In this document: positions 1-9,213 of the stretch, piece after piece
Numbering within the stretch: position 1 is the first letter of the stretch
Layout: the number at the start of each line of letters is the position of its first letter
Origin: an uncultured Acidobacteriota bacterium
GTDB lineage: Bacteria > Acidobacteriota > Vicinamibacteria > Vicinamibacterales > UBA2999
Assembly: GCA_963846425.1 (NCBI GenBank)
Contig: CAWJVW010000002.1
Span: 265,667-329,666, forward strand
DNA: 64,000 nucleotides
Direction of reading: 5' to 3'
Notes under the pieces: model-generated
Databases searched by the model: none
The model's input: the letters and a program-made list of their open reading frames with translations, nothing else
What the model was told of the DNA's origin: nothing
Translations under genes and position numbers: made by a program

Positions 1-13
1 GAGCATCGACCAC

Positions 14-694
14 ATGCATCGCGACGCGCTACTCGGGCGCGTGATGAGCCTCAGTTTTCTCAATCGTCATACTGAGGCCGTCGCGACGGCCACACGCATG
101 ATCGAGCTGGGCACGTGGCATGTCGGCGATGCCTATTACTGGCGCGCATGGAACCGGTATCACATCTACGCGCTCGAATCCGCGTGGGCCGACGTCGAAG
201 AAGGGACCAAGTTGCTATTGAACACGAGCGTCTACACGCTGGCCGGATTCATCGCCTTTGCCCGGAAGGAGCTCGAGATTGCTATCGATCGCTTCGATCG
301 CGCCTTTGCGCTCGACAAAACCAATTGCGAGGCCGTGTGGACGGAGGGTCTTGTGCATGTCGAAAAGGAAGCGTGGGCGCCAGCTGCGCCGAAGTTTTCG
401 ACGGCGATGAGTTGTTTCACAGCGGCCGCCGCTCAAGCCCGAGCCGACATCGAGGCTGCCCAGATCGCCAATTATGGAGAAGGTGTGAAGGCACGTCGGA
501 TTGCGGCGGCCGAAAAGCGTCTCGAAACCTCGGAGCATCGCAAGGCACAGGCTGCGTTCAATGCCGCGCAATGCTTCGTGCGGCTTGGGCAGAAGTCATC
601 GGCCCTCAACCACGTGGACGTTGCCGCCGAACACGTGCAGTTGAGGGAAAAAGCGACCACCTTGCGAATCACAATCGACCGGATGCCGCGGTAA
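14..694 (+). CDS. hypothetical protein with TPR-like helical repeats (frame is open to the window edge, so the N-terminus may lie upstream)
   Basis: 226-aa ORF. Helical-repeat-like sequence (GDAYYWRAWNRY, AIDRFDRAFALDKTN). No in-frame stop between base 2 and the ATG at 14. Confidence 0.45.
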   Translation: MHRDALLGRVMSLSFLNRHTEAVATATRMIELGTWHVGDAYYWRAWNRYHIYALESAWADVEEGTKLLLNTSVYTLAGFIAFARKELEIAIDRFDRAFALDKTNCEAVWTEGLVHVEKEAWAPAAPKFSTAMSCFTAAAAQARADIEAAQIANYGEGVKARRIAAAEKRLETSEHRKAQAAFNAAQCFVRLGQKSSALNHVDVAAEHVQLREKATTLRITIDRMPR

Positions 695-816
695 AGTAAA
701 CTCTTCCCGCTGGCAACCCGATAACGCTTGATTGCTGGCCTCCCCCCACTCGGCTCCCCGAGACGACTCGTTTTCGGCACGCTTCATTAACAACACCCGT
801 GTCTCTGGAGGTAAGG

Positions 817-1248
817 ATGAGAATGAACCGACTCGCTCTGATAGCGGCTTTCGTGGGCGTGGTTGTACTACCCACCACTATCGCCGCTGGCCCTGTCACG
901 ATGCTTGGCAGCGTGAAGATCGAAGCCGCCGACGCGAGCGACCTCACTGGCAAACTGGTGGGCGTTGCCGTTATCGGAAACCCCGGGCTGGAGAAGACGA
1001 TCTCGCAGCAGATTCCAAGCTTTACGCTGCCAGTGTTCGTGGATGGCGACAAGGCTGATGGGCCGAGACCGAGGCCATTTCTGAACCGCAGGCTCGACAC
1101 GACGATGCTGCTTACCAACACGCACACCAGCGCGCTGAACATCGTCGTCAAGCTGCGCGATGCCAGCGGCGCGCTTGTGAGCAGCACGCCATACTCAATT
1201 GATCCGGACGCGACGATCATTGTCAACGTCTCGGGGATCGTCCCGTAG
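817..1248 (+). CDS. small exported hypothetical protein
   Basis: In-frame ATG at 817 is preceded by GGAGG at 5-nt spacing (the track ORF starts at GTG 799). The N-terminus MRMNRLALIAAFVGVVVLPTTIAAG looks like a signal peptide. No recognisable family. Confidence 0.5.
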   Translation: MRMNRLALIAAFVGVVVLPTTIAAGPVTMLGSVKIEAADASDLTGKLVGVAVIGNPGLEKTISQQIPSFTLPVFVDGDKADGPRPRPFLNRRLDTTMLLTNTHTSALNIVVKLRDASGALVSSTPYSIDPDATIIVNVSGIVP

Positions 1249-1323
1249 TTGTGCTCGGAGGAGGGTGCGACAAGTGTGCCTCCCCCGGGACGGGAGCTAG
1301 CAGCCGGGGGGTTTCTCGGACGT

Positions 1324-1351
1324 AAAAAAAGCCCCGCCCTGAGGGCGGGGC
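1324..1351 (-). terminator. rho-independent terminator downstream of tRNA-Pro
   Basis: Perfect 9-bp GC stem GCCCCGCCC-tga-GGGCGGGGC (1331-1351). On the minus strand it is followed by a 7-nt U run (A run 1324-1330 on plus). Confidence 0.7.
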
Positions 1352-1427
1352 TTCCTTCAAACAATGCTCAGAGTTCGGTCAGCAGCTGAAGGTGCCGATA
1401 CGGGCCTAAGAAAACCCGAAGGAAAGG

Positions 1428-1504
1428 TGGTCGGGGCGATAGGATTTGAACCTACGACTTCTCGGTCCCGAACCGAGCGCTCTACCAAGCTGAGCCACGC
1501 CCCG
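1428..1504 (-). tRNA. tRNA-Pro (anticodon CGG), CCA encoded
   Basis: I folded the reverse complement by hand: CGGGGCG-TG-GCTC-AGCTTGGTA-GAGC-G-CTCGG-TTCGGGA-CCGAG-AAGTC-GTAGG-TTCAAAT-CCTAT-CGCCCCG-A-CCA. All four stems pair, a T-loop TTCAAAT is present, and the anticodon loop has CGG at 34-36. Confidence 0.93.
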
Positions 1505-1624
1505 ACGGAAATCCAAGTGTAACCCGAAACGACGGGCTGGCCTAACCAGCAATGAAATGGCACGGTCAGGAGCCAGGTTGGTCGTGATGATCTCGCGCGC
1601 CTCCGCGGTGTCCATATTCAGCCG

Positions 1625-2389
1625 TCAGCGCGCTTCACTCTCAGCGGGGAGCGGGAACTGTTCCAGTTCGTCGATCGCAGAATGGGCCGTAAGATCCGGG
1701 TGCAGCAAGGAGACGGAAACGTAGCCTTCCTTGACGGCGTGATAGTCGCTGCGGTCATGCGACGCCCATTCGTCAATGCCCTCTTCGATCCAGTAGTAGG
1801 GTTTGCCTCGTGGATCGAGTCGCTGCGTTATCTTGGTGATGTGATTCCGCTTCCCCTGGACAGTCCGCCGGAACCCTTTCGGCGTCCCTTTGGGAACATT
1901 GACATTCAGGAACGTTCGCTCGGGGAGCGGATTCTTCAGCACCAGATCGGTCAGCAGGGCCGCAGCCTCGGCCGACGGACCAAAGTCAAATCGATAGTCG
2001 CGGGTGCGCCGCAACGACACGGCAATCGCGGGAATTCCGAGCAACGCCGCTTCGAGAGCCCCTGCCACGGTCCCCGAGTACGTCACGTCATCACCCAAAT
2101 TCCAGCCCGTATTGATGCCAGAAACGACGATGTCCGGCAGTCCCCCTTTGAGGATGATGGCGACGCCAAGGTTCACGCAATCGGTGGGTGTACCGTCGAC
2201 CGCGTAAAAGCCCTCGCTCACTGTCTCAATCCGCAGCGGTCTCCGAAGAGTGAGTGCATGGCCAATCGCGCTGGATTCTTGAAAAGGGGCGACGACCGTG
2301 ACGTCGCCAAGCTGCTTGAGCACGGCGGCCAGCGCCCGAATCCCGTCGGAATGGACGCCATCATCATTAGTTACAAGGATTTGGGGCAT
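1625..2389 (-). CDS. surE: 5'/3'-nucleotidase SurE
   Basis: N-terminal MPQILVTNDDGVHSDGI is the SurE signature. The length fits. The track ORF starts 3 codons earlier at TTG 2398. Confidence 0.9.
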   Translation of the reverse strand: MPQILVTNDDGVHSDGIRALAAVLKQLGDVTVVAPFQESSAIGHALTLRRPLRIETVSEGFYAVDGTPTDCVNLGVAIILKGGLPDIVVSGINTGWNLGDDVTYSGTVAGALEAALLGIPAIAVSLRRTRDYRFDFGPSAEAAALLTDLVLKNPLPERTFLNVNVPKGTPKGFRRTVQGKRNHITKITQRLDPRGKPYYWIEEGIDEWASHDRSDYHAVKEGYVSVSLLHPDLTAHSAIDELEQFPLPAESEAR

Positions 2390-2469
2390 TGGAACCAATC
2401 ATCATAACAAACTGCCCTACCGACCCGACCCACGCCCCTGCTCACCCGCCCAATTCGCGACCAACGCGG

Positions 2470-2499
2470 CCCACCCGCCCCACCCGCCCCACCTGTCCC
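2470..2499 (-). other. G-quadruplex-forming motif (C-rich on plus strand), built partly from a CCCCACCCG nonamer repeated 3 times
   Basis: The plus strand reads CCCACCCGCCCCACCCGCCCCACCTGTCCC. The minus strand therefore has six G3-4 tracts separated by 1-4 nt. Confidence 0.5.
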
Positions 2500-2512
2500 A
2501 AACCAGCAGGAC

Positions 2513-2518
2513 TATAAT
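2513..2518 (+). promoter_or_regulatory. consensus -10 hexamer TATAAT 8 nt upstream of the nfeD ATG (possible leaderless or very short-leader transcript)
   Basis: Perfect TATAAT at 2513-2518 and ATG at 2527. No Shine-Dalgarno lies between them. No good -35. Confidence 0.3.
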
Positions 2519-2526
2519 TCGCGCGC

Positions 2527-2952
2527 ATGGAATGGTGGATGTGGCTCGCAGGAGGACTCGTCCTGCTGGTCATCGAATTGGCGACCCCCAGCGGCTTTTT
2601 CGTAATGTTCTTCGGGCTGGGGGCACTGACCGTTGGCGTCCTTGCACGGTTGGGTCTCGCAGAGGCGGCCTGGGCTCAGTGGTTGATTTTCACGGTCACC
2701 TCCGTCGCCTACTTGCTGTTCTTCCGAGGCCGCTTGCAGAAGAGCATGGACCACCCGCCGGCCAACGTGGATACGTTGATCGGCGAAACCGCCACGCCAC
2801 GCGAGCGGATCGAACCAGGGGCAATCGGACGCGCCGACCTGCGGGGTGCGCTGTGGAACGCCCGCAACGAGTCCGCAACGGTGATTGACGCCGGACAACG
2901 CTGTCGCGTGACGCGTGTCGACGGTCTTCTCGTTTACGTTCAGCCAGAGTGA
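2527..2952 (+). CDS. NfeD-family membrane protein
   Basis: N-terminal TM helices plus a C-terminal soluble domain. It ends 6 nt before an SPFH/stomatin gene, which is the canonical NfeD-SPFH pair. Confidence 0.8.
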   Translation: MEWWMWLAGGLVLLVIELATPSGFFVMFFGLGALTVGVLARLGLAEAAWAQWLIFTVTSVAYLLFFRGRLQKSMDHPPANVDTLIGETATPRERIEPGAIGRADLRGALWNARNESATVIDAGQRCRVTRVDGLLVYVQPE

Positions 2953-2958
2953 GGGTGC

Positions 2959-3891
2959 ATGGAAGGTGGACTGTTCGTCCTCGTGTTGCTCGCGATCATC
3001 GTCTTGATCGTGATCTGGAAGACCGCGGTCGTGGTGCCGCAGCAGAGCGCATATGTCATTGAAAGGCTAGGCCGCTATTCCGGCACCCTGGGCGCGGGAT
3101 TCCACATCCTCATCCCGTTCTTCGATGTCATCCGCTACCGGCATTCGCTCAAAGAAACCGCGGTGGACATTCCAGCACAGGTCTGCATCACGCGCGACAA
3201 CGTGCAGGTGCAGGTGGACGGCGTCTTGTATCTCAAAGTGCTGAACCCCGAGCGCGCCTCGTACGGCATTTCGGATTACCTCTTTGCGATCTCCCAGTTG
3301 GCACAGACGACGCTGCGCAGTGAGGTGGGCAAGATCGATTTGGACCGCACGTTCGAGGAGCGCACGAACATCAACACCTCGGTCGTGGCCGAGCTCGACA
3401 AGGCGTCCGAGCCGTGGGGGGTGAAAGTGCTGCGGTACGAGATCAAGAACATCACGCCTCCGCACGACATCCTCGCGGCGATGGAAAAGCAGATGCGCGC
3501 CGAGCGTGAGAAGCGCGCGGTCATTCTCACATCGGAAGGTCAACGCGACGCGGCCATCAACACGGCGGAAGGCACGAAGCAGGAAACGATCAAAGCATCC
3601 GAAGCGCGCCGGCAGCAGCAGATCAACGAAGCCGAGGGTCAGGCAGCCGCGATCCTGGCCGTGGCGACGGCAACCGCGGAAGGTCTACGCCGGGTTGCGG
3701 AGGCCACCACCGTGCCCGGGGGAACCGAGGCCGTCCAGTTGCGCGTCGCCGAGCAGTACATCGGCGAATTTGGTCGGGTGATCAACAACGCCGATACGAT
3801 CATCCTGCCCGCGAACGTCGCCGATGTGGCCTCGATGATCACGACTGCAATGCAGGTGATCGGTCAGAAGCCAGCAAGCCCGCGGCCGTAA
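2959..3891 (+). CDS. SPFH/band-7 (stomatin/paraslipin-like) protein
   Basis: N-terminal TM anchor, SPFH core (RDNVQVQVDGVLYLKV) and a coiled-coil tail (EKQMRAEREKRA). Confidence 0.88.
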   Translation: MEGGLFVLVLLAIIVLIVIWKTAVVVPQQSAYVIERLGRYSGTLGAGFHILIPFFDVIRYRHSLKETAVDIPAQVCITRDNVQVQVDGVLYLKVLNPERASYGISDYLFAISQLAQTTLRSEVGKIDLDRTFEERTNINTSVVAELDKASEPWGVKVLRYEIKNITPPHDILAAMEKQMRAEREKRAVILTSEGQRDAAINTAEGTKQETIKASEARRQQQINEAEGQAAAILAVATATAEGLRRVAEATTVPGGTEAVQLRVAEQYIGEFGRVINNADTIILPANVADVASMITTAMQVIGQKPASPRP

Positions 3892-5011
3892 TCGCAAGGC
3901 CGGCGCCGGTGAGAAACGCCGCAGCCGGTCCAAACGCGTCCCAGAGCGCGCCAAACACCAGGCTCGCGGCGAGTGCGCCAAAGCCCAGCACCGCGTTGTA
4001 CCAACCAAACGCGGTGCCCTGTGCGGCTGCGGGCGTCAGGTCTGCCACCAGAGCCTTCTCGCTGCCCTCGACGAGCGCAAAGTAGATCCCGTACGCGAAG
4101 AACCAGGCAAGCAGCGGCGCCAATGTCTCGCTCAAGGCAAAGCCTGCATAGACGACCGAGTAGACAACCCAGCCGCTGACAATCAGCCGTCGTCTACCAA
4201 ACCGATCAGACAAGGTTCCGCCGGCTGTCGAGAGCGCCGCTTTGACCACATGCAGGCCCGCCCACACGAGCGGCAAATAGATTGTTGTGAGACCGGCGTC
4301 TGAAAGGCGCAGCAGGAGAAACACATCCGTCGAGTTACCCAGCGTGAAGACGGTGAGGATGCCGAGGAAGCGCTTGAGGGGCTGGGGCAGGTGGCGCTGG
4401 TAGGGCTGGTGGGCCGGGTAGGGCGGGTGAGTCGACGCCCCAACTTCCGGCACCAACAACACCATCCCGACGGCAAGCGCACCTGGAATGAACGTCAGAG
4501 CGAAGAGCGTTCGGTACTGCTCTGGGAAGAACCACAGAAACAGTGCTGCCGCCAAGGGGCCGATAACTGCACCGGTGTGATCCATCGCGCGGTGAAAGCC
4601 AAACACACGGCCGCGCGCGTTTGCGGGCGCGAGGGCGCCAAGCATCGCATCCCGCGGCGCGCCTCGCAGGCCCTTTCCCACTCGATCGGCCAACCGGACG
4701 ACAAAAACGTGTTGCCAGTTCGCTGCTAACGCCACGAGCGGACGCACGAGCCACGCGATGGTGTAACCGGCAAGGACGAACGGTTTTCGTCGTCCGGTTC
4801 GATCGGAGGCCGCTCCGGCGGCGATCTTCAGGACGCTGCTGACGGCCTCGGCTGCCCCTTCGATGATGCCGAGCGACACGGCCGTGCCACCCAGAACCCG
4901 CGTGACGAAGATGGGAATGAGTGGATAGATCGCCTCGGTGGCTGCATCGGTGAAGAGGCTTGTCCAACCGAGGAGCTTGACCGGCCGTGGCAGAGGGGCC
5001 GGCGCGGTCAC
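3839..5011 (-). CDS. MFS transporter
   Basis: Polytopic membrane protein with MFS motif A in both halves (SDRTGRRKP, SDRFGRRRL). The GTG start overlaps the S46 peptidase stop (GTGA). Confidence 0.85.
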   Translation of the reverse strand: MTAPAPLPRPVKLLGWTSLFTDAATEAIYPLIPIFVTRVLGGTAVSLGIIEGAAEAVSSVLKIAAGAASDRTGRRKPFVLAGYTIAWLVRPLVALAANWQHVFVVRLADRVGKGLRGAPRDAMLGALAPANARGRVFGFHRAMDHTGAVIGPLAAALFLWFFPEQYRTLFALTFIPGALAVGMVLLVPEVGASTHPPYPAHQPYQRHLPQPLKRFLGILTVFTLGNSTDVFLLLRLSDAGLTTIYLPLVWAGLHVVKAALSTAGGTLSDRFGRRRLIVSGWVVYSVVYAGFALSETLAPLLAWFFAYGIYFALVEGSEKALVADLTPAAAQGTAFGWYNAVLGFGALAASLVFGALWDAFGPAAAFLTGAGLAITAAGLLASDRSPALQS

Positions 5012-7122
5012 CTACTCGCCGTTGGCGCTGTTACAGCAGAGAGAAGCTCGCTCACCAGCGCCTCCGCGCCGTAGACCTTGCGCAGCGCTTCGACCATCCC
5101 ACGCACGTCCACGGACACCGCGCGATTGACAGTCGCGTCGTAGACGAAATACGCCGGTAGCGATTGGATATTGCCGTCGAAGATCAACCCGACCAGTTCC
5201 CCGCGCGCGTTGATCACCGGCGAACCGCTGTTGCCGCCAACGATGTCGTTGGTGCTCACGAAGTTGTATGGTGTGTTCAGTGCGAGCGTGCTGCGCGCTT
5301 TGGCCCAGCTCGCCGGATATTTGTAGGGTGGCTTGTTCGCATGCTGATCGGCACGAACATACAACCCACGGAACTCTGTGGAGGACGGAATCGTCCTGCC
5401 GTCCTCCTGATACCCTTTCACCGCGCCATACGAGAGCCGCAGCGTGAATGTCCCATCTGGATACGCGGACTCGCCTTTCGTCGCAAACACCGCTTGCGCG
5501 ATCTTCGCGTACGCCTCGCGCTCGACAGCGATCAGCTCGTTGTCGTACTTGGCGCGCAGTTCCCGCGCGCGCGGCTCGATCGCCCGAGCGATCTCGATGA
5601 ATGGATCGGTTGACGTCTGTATCGCCCGCGCGCCACCCGCGAAGAGCTGCTTCCGAACCGCCTGATCGCCCAGCTTGGTTTTCTCCACGAGCTCGCTGGC
5701 ACGCACAGCCGCGGTCTTCCCCGCAAGAATCAGCTTCACGATGGCATGGTCCACGCCCAATTTGTCGCGCATGAGAGCCAACGACTCGGTCAGCTTTGCG
5801 TGTTCGAGACCGGGAGGAATGGACGCCACCGAACCAATCTGCCGTTCGATCGCGGGCTTGCGCGCGTCGGTGTATTCGGGCAGGCGCTCGCCGTTGGGTC
5901 GCTGGCTCTCGGCCGCCCAGCGGACGAGCGTGCGCGCCATCGTGAAGTAGTCGGAATAGAGAGCAAGCCCGCCCTCGATCATCACCCGCTCCAGGTTGTA
6001 GGACGGGAGTTGTCGCCGCGCGTTGGCGACGGCATCCCATGCGTCGGCGAAGCGGGCCTTGAGGTCGGGATTCGCCATGACCGCCGCGCGCAGCGCAGTC
6101 TCCGTCGCGACCTTCTTGTTCATGATGGCGGGGTCTTTCAAACCTTGCAGTTGGCCTTTCCACGACTTCAAGGAATTCTCGAGGCCAAAAAACAGATCCT
6201 GGGCTTCGCGTGCCTGCTCCGCGCCCCGCTTGCTGTACGCCTCGAGGGCGTTGCGAATACGCATATACATTTCGATATTGAGCGGCAGCGAGTGACCGCG
6301 AAGCTGCTCCAGATGCGCGACGGTGTTGAGCCGCTGCGTAACGGCTGGGTGACCTGAGGTGAACACGACTTCGCCGTCTTTGGTTCCGGCGGTCGACCAC
6401 GGAAGGAAATGCTTCACCGCAAGTGGCTTGCCGTTTTCATACACCCGGAACAGCGCCATGTCGAGTGCGTAGCGGGGGAACGTGAAATTGTCAGGGTCGC
6501 CACCGTAGAACGCGATATCGAACTCGGGCACGAACACCAGCCTGACGTCGGTGAATTTCTTGTATTGATAGAGGTGATACTGCGCACCTTGATACAGCGT
6601 TACCACGTCGCTTTGCAGGCCGGTCTTCGCCTCTGACCCCTCTTCGATTGCCGCAATTGATGCACGACGAGCCGCGAGCGCATCGGCCGATGACATCGCC
6701 GGCCGAACTGCCGCGTTCACCTGCGACGTCACATCCGCAATTGTTTGCAGCACGACGAGCTCGAGGTCCGGCGCCTTCAGCTCCTGTGCGCGATCTCTGG
6801 CGACGAATCCAGTCGTCACATAGTCGCGACCGGCTGTGCTCAACTTCTGGACGATATCCTGCACAACATGGTGGTTGGTGAGTACGAGCCCGTCAGCGGA
6901 GACAAACGAGCCCGACCCGCCCGGAAAGCGCACCGATGCCTGCTGCACGCGCTGCAACCACGCATCCGTCAGCTCGACACCATAGGCCTGCTTGATCGCC
7001 GCCTTCGGAATGCGATTGAACAGCCAGAACCCCTCGTCCGCCTGGACCGCGATCGGGATTGAAGCAACAAGTGCAAGGAGAACAATCGAGGCCCGGCTCC
7101 CGCACCGAACGACGTGCTTCAT
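5008..7122 (-). CDS. S46-family dipeptidyl-peptidase (DPP7/DPP11-like), exported
   Basis: Signal peptide followed by DEGFWLF. Catalytic motifs LVLTNHHV and GGNSGSPV. Start moved to ATG 7122 (MKHVVRCGS) ahead of the signal sequence. Confidence 0.88.
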   Translation of the reverse strand: MKHVVRCGSRASIVLLALVASIPIAVQADEGFWLFNRIPKAAIKQAYGVELTDAWLQRVQQASVRFPGGSGSFVSADGLVLTNHHVVQDIVQKLSTAGRDYVTTGFVARDRAQELKAPDLELVVLQTIADVTSQVNAAVRPAMSSADALAARRASIAAIEEGSEAKTGLQSDVVTLYQGAQYHLYQYKKFTDVRLVFVPEFDIAFYGGDPDNFTFPRYALDMALFRVYENGKPLAVKHFLPWSTAGTKDGEVVFTSGHPAVTQRLNTVAHLEQLRGHSLPLNIEMYMRIRNALEAYSKRGAEQAREAQDLFFGLENSLKSWKGQLQGLKDPAIMNKKVATETALRAAVMANPDLKARFADAWDAVANARRQLPSYNLERVMIEGGLALYSDYFTMARTLVRWAAESQRPNGERLPEYTDARKPAIERQIGSVASIPPGLEHAKLTESLALMRDKLGVDHAIVKLILAGKTAAVRASELVEKTKLGDQAVRKQLFAGGARAIQTSTDPFIEIARAIEPRARELRAKYDNELIAVEREAYAKIAQAVFATKGESAYPDGTFTLRLSYGAVKGYQEDGRTIPSSTEFRGLYVRADQHANKPPYKYPASWAKARSTLALNTPYNFVSTNDIVGGNSGSPVINARGELVGLIFDGNIQSLPAYFVYDATVNRAVSVDVRGMVEALRKVYGAEALVSELLSAVTAPTASR

Positions 7123-7170
7123 GATTCGATTGTAGCCGGAGCGTACTGAGACCGTCATGCGGCCGCGTTA

Positions 7171-7557
7171 TCACGGCACGTATGCAATACAGTCAATCTC
7201 GATTTTGAGGCCTTCTCCCGGCAGCCCAGCCGCCTGAATCGTCGTCCGCGCCGGACGGTGTTCGCCAAACATGCGCGAGTACACAGCGTTCATTTCCTGA
7301 AACTCACGCAAGTCGAGGAGGAACACGCCGCACCGCAGCACGTGCTGCAGACTCGATCCCGCGGCTTCGAGAATTGCCTCGACGTTCCGCAGGCATTGCT
7401 CGGTCTGCGCCGCGACGCTTGCTCCAGCCAGCTGACCGGTGGCGGGATCGGTTGCCCCCTGCCCGGAAACGAAGACGAGCCGATCGAATGCGACGCCCGG
7501 GGAGTATGGTCCGACGGGCTTGGGAAGGTTGGCAGCGTGAACAGGTCGATGAGTCAT
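7171..7557 (-). CDS. ridA: RidA/YjgF-family enamine/imine deaminase
   Basis: 128 aa with typical RidA length and sequence (PVGPYSPGV, VFVSGQ, IEIDCIA). Confidence 0.85.
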   Translation of the reverse strand: MTHRPVHAANLPKPVGPYSPGVAFDRLVFVSGQGATDPATGQLAGASVAAQTEQCLRNVEAILEAAGSSLQHVLRCGVFLLDLREFQEMNAVYSRMFGEHRPARTTIQAAGLPGEGLKIEIDCIAYVP

Positions 7558-7569
7558 GGTGAGATTGTA

Positions 7570-7706
7570 GAACTAAGAACGAAAAACGAAGAACGCGAAC
7601 CGGGAACGAGGAACAGGGAACGGAACTGCCGCAAACGCGTTGGTTGGTTCGGCGATGTCCGTTCCGTTCATTCGTTCTTCGTTCTTAGTTCTTCGTTCTT
7701 AGTTCG
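7570..7706. repeat. inverted pair of heptamer arrays: (GAACGAN)x8 at 7570-7626 and its reverse complement (NTCGTTC)x7 at 7657-7706
   Basis: I counted period 7 directly: gaactaa gaacgaa aaacgaa gaacgcg aaccggg aacgagg aacaggg aacggaa. The right arm reads ttcattcgttcttcgttcttagttcttcgttcttagttcg. It fills the 151-nt ridA/truA divergent spacer. Confidence 0.9.
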
Positions 7707-7708
7707 TT

Positions 7709-8527
7709 ATGATGCCCCCCGTGGCGCGGTTCAAGATCACGCTCGAGTATGCCGGTGGCCGTTACAGCGGCTGGCAGAAGCAGACCAATGCGCGGACGGT
7801 TCAGGGTGAAGTCGAGCGCGCGATTGCCGCAACCGTCGGCCATGGCGATTTCGAGTGTCAGGGCTCGGGCCGAACCGACGCAGGGGTCCATGCACTGATG
7901 CAGGTGGCCCACCTCGAGGTGCACTTGACCATGCCGCTGGAAAAGCTGCGTCGGCAGATCAACGACGAGCTGCCCTCGGACATCCATGTCCTCGCCATCA
8001 CGAAAGCGGTACACCGATTTCACGCCCGGCACGCCGCCGTCGGGCGGAGCTATCTCTATCAGGTTTCACGACGCCGGACGGCGTTCGCAAAGCCCTTCGT
8101 CTGGTGGGTCAAAGAGCCGCTCGACCTCGCGCTGATGACGGAGGCCGCCGCCCGGTTCTCCGGCATGCACGACTTCCGATCGTTCAGCGACGACGATCCG
8201 GACGACAAATCGACGGCAGTCCTTGTCGAGCAGGTGGCTCTCGCCGAAGAGGGCGATCTGATTCTGATTCGCGTCACCGGGTCGCACTTTCTGTGGAAGA
8301 TGGTCCGACGCATGGTCGGCGTGATCGTCGAGATCGGACGCGGGGGTCTGCCCGTTTCCGCGGTCGAGGATTTTCTCCGCAAGCCATCCGCGACTCCTGC
8401 GCGGCTGACGGCTCCCGCCTCGGGGCTGTTTCTCGAGCGAGTGTTTTACGAAGGCGACGACCGCGACTGGCCCCTGGTCTCCGCAATGCCGGTAGGCGTC
8501 GCGCCAGTGAAACGGCCAAGCAAGTAA
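7709..8527 (+). CDS. truA: tRNA pseudouridine(38-40) synthase TruA
   Basis: Catalytic motif GSGRTDAGVHA with typical TruA length and order. Confidence 0.9.
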   Translation: MMPPVARFKITLEYAGGRYSGWQKQTNARTVQGEVERAIAATVGHGDFECQGSGRTDAGVHALMQVAHLEVHLTMPLEKLRRQINDELPSDIHVLAITKAVHRFHARHAAVGRSYLYQVSRRRTAFAKPFVWWVKEPLDLALMTEAAARFSGMHDFRSFSDDDPDDKSTAVLVEQVALAEEGDLILIRVTGSHFLWKMVRRMVGVIVEIGRGGLPVSAVEDFLRKPSATPARLTAPASGLFLERVFYEGDDRDWPLVSAMPVGVAPVKRPSK

Positions 8528-8545
8528 GCTAGAGTTCGTCACGGG

Positions 8546-8584
8546 GGTTTCTTACGACGGTTCCTAACGAGGGTTCCACGATTC
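8546..8584. repeat. three degenerate ~13-nt tandem units with a GGTTCC core (ggtttcttacgac ggttcctaacgag ggttccacgattc)
   Basis: Read directly. The core resembles the GGTTCCACG units inside the 26243-26388 array. Confidence 0.5.
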
Positions 8585-8643
8585 CCGACACGGCCCCGGA
8601 GGGTCAGGGTGATCGTTCTGACTCGCTCTCCGACGATCGAGCT

Positions 8644-9213
8644 TTGCTGGCGCGCCTGCGCGCGGGCGACGAGGCCGCGTTCGAGACGCTGGTTCGCACC
8701 TATACGTCGCGTCTGCTCATCGTCGCGCGCCGCATCGTGGGCAACGAAGAGGATGCCCGCGACGTCATCCAGGACGCGTTTCTCTCGGCCTTCCGCAGCA
8801 TCGGCCGCTTTGCCGGCGACGCCCGGCTGTCGACCTGGCTGCATCGCATCGTCGTGAACACCGCGCTCATGAAGCTGCGCACACGGCGGCGAAAGCCAGA
8901 GGAATCGATTGAGCCGCTCCTGCCGGCCTTCCTGGCAGATGGCCATCATGCGGAACGGTTCACTGCGTGGACCGAGCGGGCCGATCAGGCGCTGGCGCGC
9001 AAGGAGACGCGAACTGCCGTCCGCCAGCACATCCAGGAGCTGCCGGAAGCCTTTCGTACCGTTTTGGTTCTCCGTGACATCGAAGGATTGAGCACCGAGG
9101 AAACTGCCCGCTTGCTTGAAACGACACCGAATGCGGTAAAGATTCGCCTACATCGCGCACGGCAGGCGCTGAGGACCCTTTTGGCGCCTCATTTTGCCAA
9201 GGGTGAACTGTGA
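8644..9213 (+). CDS. ECF-type RNA polymerase sigma factor
   Basis: Sigma-70 regions 2 and 4 (DARDVIQDAFLSAF; LSTEETARLLETTPNAVKIRLHRARQAL). TTG start. 4-nt overlap with the downstream anti-sigma gene. Confidence 0.88.
   Translation: MLARLRAGDEAAFETLVRTYTSRLLIVARRIVGNEEDARDVIQDAFLSAFRSIGRFAGDARLSTWLHRIVVNTALMKLRTRRRKPEESIEPLLPAFLADGHHAERFTAWTERADQALARKETRTAVRQHIQELPEAFRTVLVLRDIEGLSTEETARLLETTPNAVKIRLHRARQALRTLLAPHFAKGEL

Noticed and set aside
1249-1624. tRNA-Pro as an integration site for a genomic island
   Set aside because: There is no integrase, no direct repeat of the tRNA 3' end and no compositional break nearby. The flanking genes are ordinary (surE and a small exported protein).
5012-6400. 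Long alternative-frame and antisense ORFs (for example 5012..6400, 21154..22293, 27754..29049, 29068..30288, 43204..44307, 55958..57253, 36612..37517)
   Set aside because: They overlap strongly supported genes (S46 peptidase, clpB, PSCyt, aminotransferase, ftsK, ADOP). They have Arg/Gly/Pro/Ala-rich low-information sequences typical of shadow ORFs in high-GC DNA.
8546-8584. GGTTCC repeats upstream of the ECF sigma gene as an ECF -35 (GGAAC) promoter
   Set aside because: The GGAAC sequences are on the wrong (minus) strand relative to the sigma gene. No CGT-type -10 lies at the proper distance on the plus strand.
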